A program made the translations under genes and the position numbers. Positions 16,565-27,108 of a DNA stretch of 40,323 nucleotides are shown here, piece after piece. The first letter of the stretch is position 1, and each line of letters begins with the position of its first letter. The stretch is from positions 1 through 40,323 of the forward strand of contig JACPXY010000056.1 of assembly GCA_016196285.1 (NCBI GenBank), written 5' to 3'. The notes under the pieces were generated by a model, which worked only from the letters and a program-made list of their open reading frames with translations, ran no database searches and was not told where the DNA came from. This DNA is from Candidatus Pacearchaeota archaeon (GTDB taxonomy: Archaea; Nanobdellota; Nanobdellia; Pacearchaeales; GW2011-AR1).

Positions 16565-18205
16565 ATGGAATTAATTGATTACGAACGCGCTGTGTTGCAT
16601 GCTCCTCTGGGCTCAATCATACCTATTCGTGAACGAGTGAGCACTGCCCTTGATGATCCTTCTGCGTACTTCTCCAAACTCTCTGATTATGGCAGAAAAA
16701 AAGACAGCTTGCTATTTGAATCAGGAGTTGTCGTCGAACCGTATGGAAAGCGAAGCATGGGAATGGTTAGCCCATGTCTACGATTAACTGGAAGGGGGGA
16801 AGAGTTTACGATCCAGGCGCTGAATGAACGAGGCACGAGATTTCTTAGATTCCTTACTCCAAAGCTCTCTTTTTGTGATGAAGTGAGAGCACACGATGAC
16901 CTCATTGAAGGGGTGTTGAAGCCTGTACGCGGATTCTTCTCTGAAACGGAGCGTTTAACCTTAAAGACGCACATGGAAATAATCCGTGCAGTCGGATTTA
17001 GCTTCAAACCAATACCTTCCTATGTTAGGACGCATCCAACGCTTTATGCAGGCCATTATGGAGGATTAATGGGAGCGCTCGCCTATGATTTAATAGACCA
17101 GTTTGAGGAATTGCCTGCGAGTCAACAGGATTCTCTTAAGGATCCTGATTATGATTTATACTATGCAGATACTGTATTCACCTATGATCATACTACGAAA
17201 GTTCTCGAGCTTATTAGCAATGCCTTGATTACTGATGAGAAGAGGCAACGCGTGTATGGGGAATGTCTCGAGAACATCCTCCGAATGAAAGATGCGTTGC
17301 GAATTCCAAATCCATTACCTCACAGTTTTGCACCGCAGAAGTCCTCTGTTACCTCTGATATATCTCGCAGAGAATTCTGCGAACTCGTGGATAAACTTAA
17401 GGAACACATCGTGAAGGGTGATGTGTTCCAGGCAGTCCTTTCACGGACCGTCAGCACTGACTATGCTGGAGAGCCGTTCGGCATTTATCGCGCACTACGA
17501 GAGCTGAATCCCTCCCCCTATATGTTCTTCATACACAACCGTAATGGAGTGTTGTTGGGAGCAAGCCCTGAACGCTGCGTCTCAGTGACTAAAGATTCAC
17601 TCGGACATCGAAGGATAGAGATACATCCGATAGCAGGAACCAAGCCGCGCGGATTCATTGAAAACAGACTTGATCCTGATCTCGACAATCGGTATGAAGC
17701 TGAGCTGAAGCTTGACCCGAAAGAATTGGCAGAACATACAATGCTAGTTGATTTGGCACGCAATGACGTGGCTCGTCTCTCTCTTCCTGGCACCCGCAGA
17801 GTAGACGCACCATATGTAGTTGTTAAGTACTCGCATGTGCAGCATCTAGTTTCAAAAGTCTCGGGGATTCTGCGCCCTGAATACGATGCTCTTCATGCGT
17901 ATCTTGCATCGATGAATATGGGTACGCTGACTGGCGCACCGAAAGTCGAAGCCATGAAACTGCTGCGTAAGTATGAGAAAAGCAGAAGGGGCTTCTATGG
18001 CGGGTCTGTCTTCTTCCTTACCCCTGATGGAGATTTCGACAGTGCAATCACCATCCGCTCTATTCGACTTAAACAAGGAAGAGCATACCTCCGCGCAGGT
18101 GCAGGCATTGTTTACGATTCTGTGCCTGAACGGGAGTTTGAAGAGACTGAACGAAAGATTGCCGCATGCCTGCGTGCATTACGAATTGCAGGAGGAGTCA
18201 CATGA
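16565..18205 (+). CDS. trpE: anthranilate synthase component I (TrpE/PabB chorismate-utilising family)
   Basis: 546 aa. N-terminal LLFES motif, then a C-terminal chorismate-binding core: PSPYMFF, HPIAGT.PRG, MGTLTGAPK, GGSVFF, AGAGIVYDS.PE.E..E. The LLFES element favours TrpE over PabB but is not decisive. Confidence 0.75.
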   Translation: MELIDYERAVLHAPLGSIIPIRERVSTALDDPSAYFSKLSDYGRKKDSLLFESGVVVEPYGKRSMGMVSPCLRLTGRGEEFTIQALNERGTRFLRFLTPKLSFCDEVRAHDDLIEGVLKPVRGFFSETERLTLKTHMEIIRAVGFSFKPIPSYVRTHPTLYAGHYGGLMGALAYDLIDQFEELPASQQDSLKDPDYDLYYADTVFTYDHTTKVLELISNALITDEKRQRVYGECLENILRMKDALRIPNPLPHSFAPQKSSVTSDISRREFCELVDKLKEHIVKGDVFQAVLSRTVSTDYAGEPFGIYRALRELNPSPYMFFIHNRNGVLLGASPERCVSVTKDSLGHRRIEIHPIAGTKPRGFIENRLDPDLDNRYEAELKLDPKELAEHTMLVDLARNDVARLSLPGTRRVDAPYVVVKYSHVQHLVSKVSGILRPEYDALHAYLASMNMGTLTGAPKVEAMKLLRKYEKSRRGFYGGSVFFLTPDGDFDSAITIRSIRLKQGRAYLRAGAGIVYDSVPEREFEETERKIAACLRALRIAGGVT

Positions 18206-18804
18206 AGAAGCGCGTTCTTTTTATTGACAACTTTGACTCATTTACATATAATCTTGTTGACGAATTCGCCAAGCGTCACTGCCAAATAGAAGTCTACCGG
18301 AATAATGTACCTATGTCAAAGATTGAATCAGTGGTTGATGCCTTTAAACCCCATCTGCTGGTCATCTCTCCTGGTCCAGCTTCTCCACAGGAAGCAGGGA
18401 ACTCCATGCCTGTCATCCAAAGGTATCATACTGAACTGCCTATCTTTGGCGTCTGCCTGGGCTATGAAGCAATGGTTGAGGCATTCGGAGGTAGAATTGA
18501 TAAGGCGCCGGTGCCGATGCACGGCAAATCGTCCTATATCAAGCATGACGGTAAGACTTTGTTCGAGGGTCTGGAAAATCCTCTCGCTGTCGGAAGATAC
18601 CATTCATTGTGCGCAACAATTCTTCCTGACTGCCTTGAACAGAGTGCGCAATGTGAAGATATTAATATGGCAATTAGGCACAAACAGTATTTTGTCGAAG
18701 GAGTATTATTCCATCCAGAATCGATACTAACAACGTTAGGGGGCCGCATCATAGAGAATCTGCTCAAACGCGTTTTCCTGGCTCAAAACAAAAAGCTTAA
18801 ATAG
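18202..18804 (+). CDS. trpG: anthranilate synthase component II / class I glutamine amidotransferase (TrpG/PabA)
   Basis: MKKRVLFIDNFDSFTYNLV, GVCLGYEAM (catalytic Cys) and FHPES (His/Glu). ATGA overlap with the trpE stop. The start is the internal Met of ORF 18166. Confidence 0.8.
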   Translation: MKKRVLFIDNFDSFTYNLVDEFAKRHCQIEVYRNNVPMSKIESVVDAFKPHLLVISPGPASPQEAGNSMPVIQRYHTELPIFGVCLGYEAMVEAFGGRIDKAPVPMHGKSSYIKHDGKTLFEGLENPLAVGRYHSLCATILPDCLEQSAQCEDINMAIRHKQYFVEGVLFHPESILTTLGGRIIENLLKRVFLAQNKKLK

Positions 18805-18824
18805 TGACTTAAGGTGCTGACCGC

Positions 18825-19036
18825 ATGAATCAAGGAGAACAATTCCTCTTGGAAGGCGACACTGCTTACTGGCTTAATCAAAAAGGACAGTGGGAAGAGA
18901 TACCTGACCCTGCGACTGGTAGACCTGGTCCAGTACGATCCAAGCTTGAGCTCAGTACACCGAGACCTCTACATGATACTCCCTATGCAAGACTGTACAT
19001 TGGAAAACTCCTCCAATTGGAAGTGAAGAATAACTC

Positions 19037-19040
<4 letters not shown>
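18825..19040 (+). CDS. hypothetical protein (71 aa)
   Basis: ORF immediately after trpG on the same strand. No recognisable motif. Confidence 0.35.
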
Positions 19041-20578
<1,538 letters not shown>

Positions 20579-20610
20579 GTTAGTTTATGGAAAATACTGT
20601 TTAAATAGGT

Positions 20611-20886
20611 TTAGAAATTTAGAATCTTAAATTCCTTGAATCCCTGCAAACGTTCTTCACGTTCTTCAGTGCTCCTAATTATAGCATGTTTGGGACCGCG
20701 CTTGCAGATAGCAATGACTGCATCAACAGCATCTACCTGCCCTTCTATGAATATCTCTACTCTGCCGTCCTCCCGATTTCGCAGGAACCCTTGAACCTTA
20801 TATGCGTCAGCATGCTGTTTGATGAATTGGCGGTAAAACAAAGATTGCAATGAACCGGTAATGAAGAGACGTACTGCTTTTTTCAT
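20611..20886 (-). CDS. acyP: acylphosphatase
   Basis: 91 aa. ITGSLQSLFYR...VQGFLRNREDGRVEIFIEG...GP fits the acylphosphatase signature (the R of the xFR motif and the RN..DG motif). Confidence 0.7.
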   Translation of the reverse strand: MKKAVRLFITGSLQSLFYRQFIKQHADAYKVQGFLRNREDGRVEIFIEGQVDAVDAVIAICKRGPKHAIIRSTEEREERLQGFKEFKILNF

Positions 20887-20974
20887 ACTGAGAAGTATGG
20901 AAACGGATTAATATAGTTTATGCTCATCAGCGCACAACGTGCTTTTGATATTAAGAGAGCAAAAATGTTGATAG

Positions 20975-21757
20975 TTATGCTTTTGCTTTCTGTTCAGGCA
21001 TCGGTGCTGCCAGCTCTTTCGCAAAGCTCTCGTCTACCAAGCGCAGGTGCTGAATGTGCTTCCAATCTCCCTTGACCAGTTTTGCTGCCTGCTTGTCAAT
21101 CTCCAATGGATGTCCTAGGAAGATCATGCCTTGCTCTGATGCATCAATGATTGCTGTATCTGGCATTTTACAGCGCAGAATGTCATGAATCGCGTACTTC
21201 AACGATTCGCGGCGAATCTTGTTCTTCTTCTTTGCAAACCAGCTTTGATAATGGTCTGCAGGGAATGCGCCAAGCATATTCGACAGAGCGCCTGACATCT
21301 CAACTTCGGCATCTGCAGCAAGCTTCGGCAATGAGACGATGAAGCTATTTAATAAGAGCTTTGGATACTTGATTGACTCGAACTTAAGAAATTCTCCATC
21401 ACGCACTTCCTCGACCTCAGCAGTGTTTAAGTCTATCAATCCAACTGAATATCTCTCTGCAAGTCTCCGGTATCCTTGCTTCTCAAATAAATCCTGTGTA
21501 TCCTCTCCATCTGATCCTTCTGCGATAAGCACCTGAGCATCAGGATTCTTATGTGCAAGGCAGTACTGAAGAATCGGCTCGACAAATTCAACAGATGTCG
21601 CTGCACTCTGTGAATTCCTCAATGCAGGCTTAAGAATTATCATACTGTGCTTTTTCAGCTCATTCTCGAACTTTGTCAGCTGCAGAAGCTTAGGAAGTGT
21701 TTCTGCATATGACTTGAATTTGATTGAGACCCCTTTGACCATGTTTGTTTCAAGCAT
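20975..21757 (-). CDS. DUF362 domain protein
   Basis: 260 aa. The IILKPA...tS.efvepil....A.v.IaEgS pattern and overall layout resemble DUF362. Judged by eye only. Confidence 0.5.
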   Translation of the reverse strand: MLETNMVKGVSIKFKSYAETLPKLLQLTKFENELKKHSMIILKPALRNSQSAATSVEFVEPILQYCLAHKNPDAQVLIAEGSDGEDTQDLFEKQGYRRLAERYSVGLIDLNTAEVEEVRDGEFLKFESIKYPKLLLNSFIVSLPKLAADAEVEMSGALSNMLGAFPADHYQSWFAKKKNKIRRESLKYAIHDILRCKMPDTAIIDASEQGMIFLGHPLEIDKQAAKLVKGDWKHIQHLRLVDESFAKELAAPMPEQKAKA

Positions 21758-21810
21758 CAGAGCTTTTAAAGATTGTTATAATGCATACTATATCGGTTAC
21801 AATTCAGTTG

Positions 21811-22188
21811 TCAATAAAATCTGCCTTTCTTGGCAAAATTATCAATTAATTCTCTTCTTTTTTCTTCTACTTCTTCCTGCTTTGCCTGATAATCTATGAT
21901 AATCTCATCTAAATTTCCCTGAATTTTATCTAAAGATATTAATCCGTTGGTTGAACTTGCCCTTATCATTTCATTAACATTGCTAACAACATTTAGAACA
22001 TGATAATTAACATCAGACCCTACTTCTACTCTGGCAATGGCTTTCACACTTTCACTTCCATCGGTGCGTCCATCCCCAAAACCCCTCCCGTATCCTTGTT
22101 TATAGCCCACTATGGATGAAGCTAAAGCAATGGCCGTTCCAAAAGCCATCCCAAAGCCAATTGCTCTTCTTCTATAATCTGACTTCAC
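21811..22188 (-). CDS. hypothetical membrane-anchored protein (125 aa)
   Basis: An N-terminal hydrophobic segment (AIGFGMAFGTAIALASSIV), a Gly-rich stretch and an acidic coiled tail. AT-rich. Confidence 0.4.
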   Translation of the reverse strand: MKSDYRRRAIGFGMAFGTAIALASSIVGYKQGYGRGFGDGRTDGSESVKAIARVEVGSDVNYHVLNVVSNVNEMIRASSTNGLISLDKIQGNLDEIIIDYQAKQEEVEEKRRELIDNFAKKGRFY

Positions 22189-22311
22189 TTTGATAGAATA
22201 TGTTTTTATTTTATAAATATTTCTATTTTATGTTATCTGCTATCTTCATGAAGCTTCAAATCTAAATATTGTTATGAAAAGGTTTATTAAGATTCTCTAT
22301 ATTCTTGAAAA

Positions 22312-22674
22312 ATGAAAAGTAAAGGCTTGGAATCTCTGGTTGGTCTTGCTAATAACTCTCTCCTCGCCTCTTCTTTATTCTTTGGTGGACAAACCATTGA
22401 TTATTTAACTACTATTCTGTTTGCCTCAAAATTGGGGATAGAATATGAATCAAATCCTTTGGCTAGATATTGTATGGAGAACCAAGGCATTTTTCTTGGG
22501 ATTCTTGGGCTTAAACTGACCTCAACATTACTGACCTTAGGATGTTCATATACTTATAATAAGAAATTCCTGCAAAAAGATCGGTTAAATCTATTCAATC
22601 TCATTGCTTTATATCCTTCGAGTTTCTTTCTGTATAGTGCTTCTGCAGCTAATTTGGGTGCTGCGTTGTCATAA
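22312..22674 (+). CDS. small membrane protein, DUF5658-like
   Basis: IDYLTT...GIEYESNPLARY is the D..T...E.NP pattern of DUF5658. There are 3-4 hydrophobic segments. Confidence 0.45.
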   Translation: MKSKGLESLVGLANNSLLASSLFFGGQTIDYLTTILFASKLGIEYESNPLARYCMENQGIFLGILGLKLTSTLLTLGCSYTYNKKFLQKDRLNLFNLIALYPSSFFLYSASAANLGAALS

Positions 22675-23278
22675 GACCGTCTTCTCTTCTGTCAATCTCA
22701 TTGTTCACTACAGCGAGCGTGTGCGATGCGAAATACGTGCGCTTACCAATCGACACTGGTGTACAGAGCTGCTTGAGCCGCTTGAATTCTTTGGGAGGCA
22801 GACCGCGATGGTCTCCCAGAATAAAAATTGGGTCTGCAGGAAGTTCTGCTTTCCTTAAGTCTTCACCATCGCTATCAAGAATGAAGAGCTTTCTGCCTTG
22901 TTCATGCAATTCTTTTACTAACTCAAGAAATCCTTTCTTCTCAATCCAGTAGCCGGGGAACACTTCATTCTTGATTCCTGGCTTATACTTATAGAGCATG
23001 CGCTTAATCACGCCAGACACATTTTTCTTGCTTAGATAAATCTTATCGATGCCTGTCTTGCCTTCTATAACTGGCATCAGCTCCAGATGCTTCTGGGGAT
23101 CGGGAGGGCCTGCAAACACCAAATGGAGCTTAACATCAGTCCTAAACTTATGACTCAAGAAGAATGAGGCGATTACTGCATGAACTGCAATGTCAATTCT
23201 TCCAGATGCCTGCAGGTCTTCTCTTATCATGTTTCCTGCAGTAGGGGCAATCCGTGAATAGTAGATGAACTCGCGCAT
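22649..23278 (-). CDS. trmY: tRNA (pseudouridine54-N1)-methyltransferase TrmY (SPOUT, DUF358)
   Basis: The internal Met at 23278 gives MREFIYYSRIAPTAGN...SGRIDIAVHAVIASFFLSHKFRTDV...ILGDHRGL...SIGKRTYFASHTLAVVNNEIDRR. This is colinear with MJ1640-type TrmY as I recall it. Confidence 0.75.
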   Translation of the reverse strand: MREFIYYSRIAPTAGNMIREDLQASGRIDIAVHAVIASFFLSHKFRTDVKLHLVFAGPPDPQKHLELMPVIEGKTGIDKIYLSKKNVSGVIKRMLYKYKPGIKNEVFPGYWIEKKGFLELVKELHEQGRKLFILDSDGEDLRKAELPADPIFILGDHRGLPPKEFKRLKQLCTPVSIGKRTYFASHTLAVVNNEIDRREDGLMTTQHPN

Positions 23279-23487
23279 GTGCGAAGGTATGAAATAGGTA
23301 TTATAAGGCTTTTGACCTATTCTGGTATTCACGACTCTGTCACAAAAACCTCTGGGTTTTTGCGGTTTTGTGACTGCCGGGGGAATCACGGCAAGAGAGC
23401 TAATCTATAATCAGATTATATCATTATCGCTTCGGGATATGGATAACTGTGTTGTTTGTATGACACGCCCCGTACCTTTAAGTCTCT

Positions 23488-23913
23488 CTATAAGTCGTGC
23501 CTGCTTCCACAAATCACCTGGAAAGCGTCATCTGCAATCTTGGCAGCGACGCATTGCGCCTTTCCTTCTCCTACGCCTATGTTCCCTTGATATCCTCCAA
23601 CCCAGAGATATCCTTGTTTCTTAAACTTATATTCTATAATATCTTCTCTAAACTCATATCTTTTCTTAAATTGCATCTCTCTATCACTCATTTCTCCTTT
23701 AATTATTGAGGGTCCCCACACGTCAATCATTTGCCCTTGCACTATCTCATTTAATTCAAGATCCAGTCTAAAGTACCCTCCGAATGCTGTTGCAGGAATA
23801 TCATTTTGGATCTGTTCAAACCAACCTGTGATAGACCACAATTCTGAATCTCTTTTCTCTAAGCCTTCAGGAAGAGGCATTAGATAATAATCAGGAATAT
23901 CCAACAAAACCAT
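23488..23913 (-). CDS. hypothetical protein (141 aa)
   Basis: Intact ORF in an AT-rich block. No motif recognised. Confidence 0.4.
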   Translation of the reverse strand: MVLLDIPDYYLMPLPEGLEKRDSELWSITGWFEQIQNDIPATAFGGYFRLDLELNEIVQGQMIDVWGPSIIKGEMSDREMQFKKRYEFREDIIEYKFKKQGYLWVGGYQGNIGVGEGKAQCVAAKIADDAFQVICGSRHDL

Positions 23914-24055
23914 TATCTGAAGATCTTAGGATCTTATTTAAATATCTCTATCTCTCAATATATACTTAGAAAGCTATATCATTGACGATATTTGTCTTTA
24001 TGTTCTAATTGAAGCAAGCCAAGAACTTAAAAGGATGAGTATGCTCTTCTAAGTA

Positions 24056-24643
24056 ATGATTACTATCAAAGAGCTGATTCTTGCGCTTATTGAGCAGCCG
24101 GTACTTATCTCGTTGATTGCAGGCATCTTTGGAGAGGACTATGTACTTCTTCTTATGGTTCTTGCTGGGACCGGTACTATTGCTTTCTGGAAGATTATCG
24201 TGTTCGGCTTTATTGGAGTGATGCTGCATGATATTGTGGTATACTTCATGGGAAGAACAGAGATGTTCAGCAGGTTCTTCTCCAAACAAAAAGAGAAGAA
24301 GAGACACAAAAAGAAGAATGCATGGGTCTTGAGCTTGGGGCACGGAGGCTATATCGTGCCGATGATTATCTCTAAGTTTATTTATGGAACGAGAGTTTTT
24401 GCTACATTATATGCTTCCCAGAGAGAACGGAAGTTCTCAAAGTTCTTTTTGATAAATTCAGGTGCTGTGCTTCTGTGGTTTGCAGTCATGGCACCGGTGG
24501 GATGGTTTGCTGGAAAAGGCTTCACTAAGCTGCTTGCTGTGGTAAACACAATAGAGAAGGTTCTGGTAATCCTTCTCGCACTTATTGTGATTTATTTTGT
24601 TATACACTTTATCTACAAGAAATTCATGAATAAGCCTAGTTGA
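24056..24643 (+). CDS. membrane protein, DedA/VTT-like
   Basis: Multiple TM segments. GEDYVLLLMVLAG....HDIVVYFMGR resembles the DedA core motif. Weak call. Confidence 0.4.
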   Translation: MITIKELILALIEQPVLISLIAGIFGEDYVLLLMVLAGTGTIAFWKIIVFGFIGVMLHDIVVYFMGRTEMFSRFFSKQKEKKRHKKKNAWVLSLGHGGYIVPMIISKFIYGTRVFATLYASQRERKFSKFFLINSGAVLLWFAVMAPVGWFAGKGFTKLLAVVNTIEKVLVILLALIVIYFVIHFIYKKFMNKPS

Positions 24644-25493
24644 ATACGAATTCTGGTCTGGCAATGATGTACTCTTCTACTGCCTTTTTATAAACTCCTA
24701 TGAACCTGTCTTCATTAACTACTATAAATCTCTCAGCTACCTCGCCTTTTCTCTGCAAGTCGTGCTCCATCAAAGGTTTACCAGTGAGTAACTGCTTGAT
24801 TGATGTTTCTCTGATCTCTGCCACTGGAAGTATCTGCATAAGCGCTTCTGGCGCAGGGATTAAGATACCTCGCAGAAATGATTCATCCCCTCTTTTCCAT
24901 GCCTCCACTGCTTTGTCAAACTCATAGAGAGTGATTCCAGGTTCCTTGAAGATTCCTGCCTGAATCCTGCGTAGTTCAAGCATGTGTGCGCCCCCAATCT
25001 CCTGACCTATGTCATGAATCAGCTTACGGATGTAGGTGCCTGCCTGAACTTCTGTCTCGAAGAGTACATCTGTACCTTCCTGCTCTCTCATGATAAATGA
25101 GTTAATCTCTCGCTCTCTGACTGCGCGTTTCACTCTACTCCTGACTGGAGGCAATTGCTTGATAGTTCCTAGGAACTTCTTAATCACAGCCTCAAGATCG
25201 GTAGATGAAACAGGCTCATGGAGGCGCATGATACCGACATAAACTTTATTTTTGTGCATAAAATAATCAGAAAGGCGGCAGGCTCGGTTCAATCCTATCG
25301 GCAGAATCCCCGAGACCATTGGATCCAGCGTGCCAAAGTGTGATGTTTTAGTGAGACCAAGTGCTTTCTTGACGTGCTGCGATACCTGGAAAGAAGTTGG
25401 ACCTGACGGTTTGTCTATATTAATTAATGAGAAATTCAATAATTCATTAATTGGCTTGCTGGCTTTTATTTTTGCAAGATTTGTCATTTCCAT
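24636..25493 (-). CDS. cbf5: archaeal pseudouridine synthase Cbf5 (TruB family, H/ACA RNP catalytic subunit)
   Basis: INIDKPSGPTSFQVSQHVKKALGLTKTSHFGTLDPMVSGILPIG (catalytic Asp motif), KVYVGIMRLH, and a C-terminal PUA-like region. Confidence 0.85.
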   Translation of the reverse strand: MEMTNLAKIKASKPINELLNFSLINIDKPSGPTSFQVSQHVKKALGLTKTSHFGTLDPMVSGILPIGLNRACRLSDYFMHKNKVYVGIMRLHEPVSSTDLEAVIKKFLGTIKQLPPVRSRVKRAVREREINSFIMREQEGTDVLFETEVQAGTYIRKLIHDIGQEIGGAHMLELRRIQAGIFKEPGITLYEFDKAVEAWKRGDESFLRGILIPAPEALMQILPVAEIRETSIKQLLTGKPLMEHDLQRKGEVAERFIVVNEDRFIGVYKKAVEEYIIARPEFVFN

Positions 25494-25816
25494 TCACCTG
25501 CTTTATTATTTGAGCGTTTAAATTTTCCCCTGATAAGATGAAATGCTAATCTACTGTCTTTATATTGTATTGGAGAACCTATTACTTCTCCACAGTCACA
25601 AACTAAATTATTGAAATCTGAAGATTTAGTTATGCTTTTATTCTTCTCTAATCTCGAATATCTCTCAGGAGATAATATTCTATTGAGATAACATCTTTTA
25701 AGCCAGCCAGGACCATCTTTTTGATAAACTAATAATAATTTACCGCATTTCATACAACTAATATTAATTATCTTTGCTGTTCCTCCTCTTTCTCTAAGAT
25801 ATTTATCCTTTATCAT
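25484..25816 (-). CDS. hypothetical Cys4 (zinc-ribbon-like) protein
   Basis: CMKCG ... CDCG pairs. It is translationally coupled between the AlkD-like gene and cbf5 by 4-nt and 10-nt overlaps. Confidence 0.45.
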   Translation of the reverse strand: MIKDKYLRERGGTAKIINISCMKCGKLLLVYQKDGPGWLKRCYLNRILSPERYSRLEKNKSITKSSDFNNLVCDCGEVIGSPIQYKDSRLAFHLIRGKFKRSNNKAGEWK

Positions 25817-26535
25817 TTTATTTCTCCCTTCAGATATGCTTTCCTCTCTTTTTCCGGGAATTTTTCTATTGCATACCTCAGCATTGTTCTTGGCATTGAT
25901 TTATAATCTCTCTTTAGGAATTTAACCAATGCTTCTTTATCGCGCTTGCCAACTTCCCTTAACATCCATCCAACTGCTTTGTGGATTAAATCGTGCTTGT
26001 CTTTTAACAGCATTTCTGCTATTTCCAGAGTTTCATCAAATCTGTTATTTTTAATGAAGTAATAAGTGGATATTATTGCTATTCTCCTTTCCCAGATATT
26101 TTCTGAATCTGCCAGCTTGAATAAAAGCCCCCCAAGAGATAAATTGGATTTACCTTGATTGAAAATGTGCCTCCCAACTATTTGGTATGCGGACAAGTCA
26201 ACCAAATCCCAATTATTTATTGCGTGTGAATTGGATAAATAGAAATTGAAAATTTCTTCTCTTTTGCCTGAATTTTTTTCGTAATTATGAACTAGAATCA
26301 ACAGCCCAATAAGTCTCTCTTCGTGAATCTTAGATTGAAGGAGGGAAATTATCTCTTTGAAGCTTAGATTATTATATTTTACAGCAATATTCCTTGATTC
26401 TGGAACTGAGATGCCTAGAAAGATATCGCCTTCTCCATAATCTCCAGATCCTGTTTTGAAAAAGCCCTGAAGAATTTTTGCTTTAGATGAATCTGACATC
26501 TTATCTAACTCGGATCTTAGTGATTTTAGAGTCAT
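25813..26535 (-). CDS. DNA alkylation repair protein (AlkD-like HEAT-repeat family)
   Basis: KAKILQGFFKTGSGDYGEGDIFLGISVPESRNIA and ...HKAVGWMLREVGK match the PF08713-type pattern. Confidence 0.7.
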   Translation of the reverse strand: MTLKSLRSELDKMSDSSKAKILQGFFKTGSGDYGEGDIFLGISVPESRNIAVKYNNLSFKEIISLLQSKIHEERLIGLLILVHNYEKNSGKREEIFNFYLSNSHAINNWDLVDLSAYQIVGRHIFNQGKSNLSLGGLLFKLADSENIWERRIAIISTYYFIKNNRFDETLEIAEMLLKDKHDLIHKAVGWMLREVGKRDKEALVKFLKRDYKSMPRTMLRYAIEKFPEKERKAYLKGEIK

Positions 26536-26577
26536 TGAGTAAAATGCAGAGCAGGATATTTAAAATCTTTGAAGAAG

Positions 26578-27108
26578 TTACTTCTTCAACGCCATTCTCT
26601 GCGGATGCTGGGCTTTATCGACCTTGGTGACGTGCTTCTGGGCTTTTACTTCCTGCTTTGCTTCTTTCAGCGACTGCTGCGCGACTGCCTGCTCTTTTTC
26701 TTTCTCCTCGGTCTTCTGCTCCTCGGTCTTCTCTACCGTCTCCTTCGGAGCTTCTGCAGGAGTTACTGGTACTTCTGCCTTCTTATGCCTCTTTCCATGC
26801 TTCGCCTTTAGGAAGGTGACCTGCTTCGGCTCCTGAACGAAGGTGACATGAACCAGTTCACCTTCTTTTCTTGCCTTTACCTTGATTTTATGCGGTGGAG
26901 ATGCTCTGCCTTTGAACCAGAGCTCATTATTGAAATATACGTCGAGCTTTACCTTATATACATCTCTATCAGGAACTTTCATATGCTTTGCGATAAATTG
27001 TTTGATTGCTTTTACTGCTTTACCTGTGCGCTCATAATGCGGAACGTGCAACCAGTGCCTCCTCAAGGGGATGACGTATTCTCTCTCTAGAACTTTCTCA
27101 TCTGCCAT
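26578..27108 (-). CDS. rpl31e: ribosomal protein L31e with a C-terminal Lys/Glu-rich extension of about 85 aa
   Basis: REYVIPLRRHWLHVPHYERTGKAVKAIKQFIAKHMK...KLDVYFNNELWFKGRASPPHKIKV is the L31e core. A tail KKAEVPVTPAEAPKETVEKTEEQKTEEKEKEQ... follows. Confidence 0.85.
   Translation of the reverse strand: MADEKVLEREYVIPLRRHWLHVPHYERTGKAVKAIKQFIAKHMKVPDRDVYKVKLDVYFNNELWFKGRASPPHKIKVKARKEGELVHVTFVQEPKQVTFLKAKHGKRHKKAEVPVTPAEAPKETVEKTEEQKTEEKEKEQAVAQQSLKEAKQEVKAQKHVTKVDKAQHPQRMALKK

Noticed and set aside
22649-23389. Full 246-aa version of the trmY ORF
   Set aside because: The family N-terminus (MREFI…) begins at 23278. The upstream 37 codons cover the promoter and inverted-repeat region.
26569-26836. 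Plus-strand Leu/Phe/Cys-rich ORFs (26569..26811 and 26624..26836)
   Set aside because: They are antisense to the Lys/Glu-rich tail of L31e and are a low-complexity artefact.
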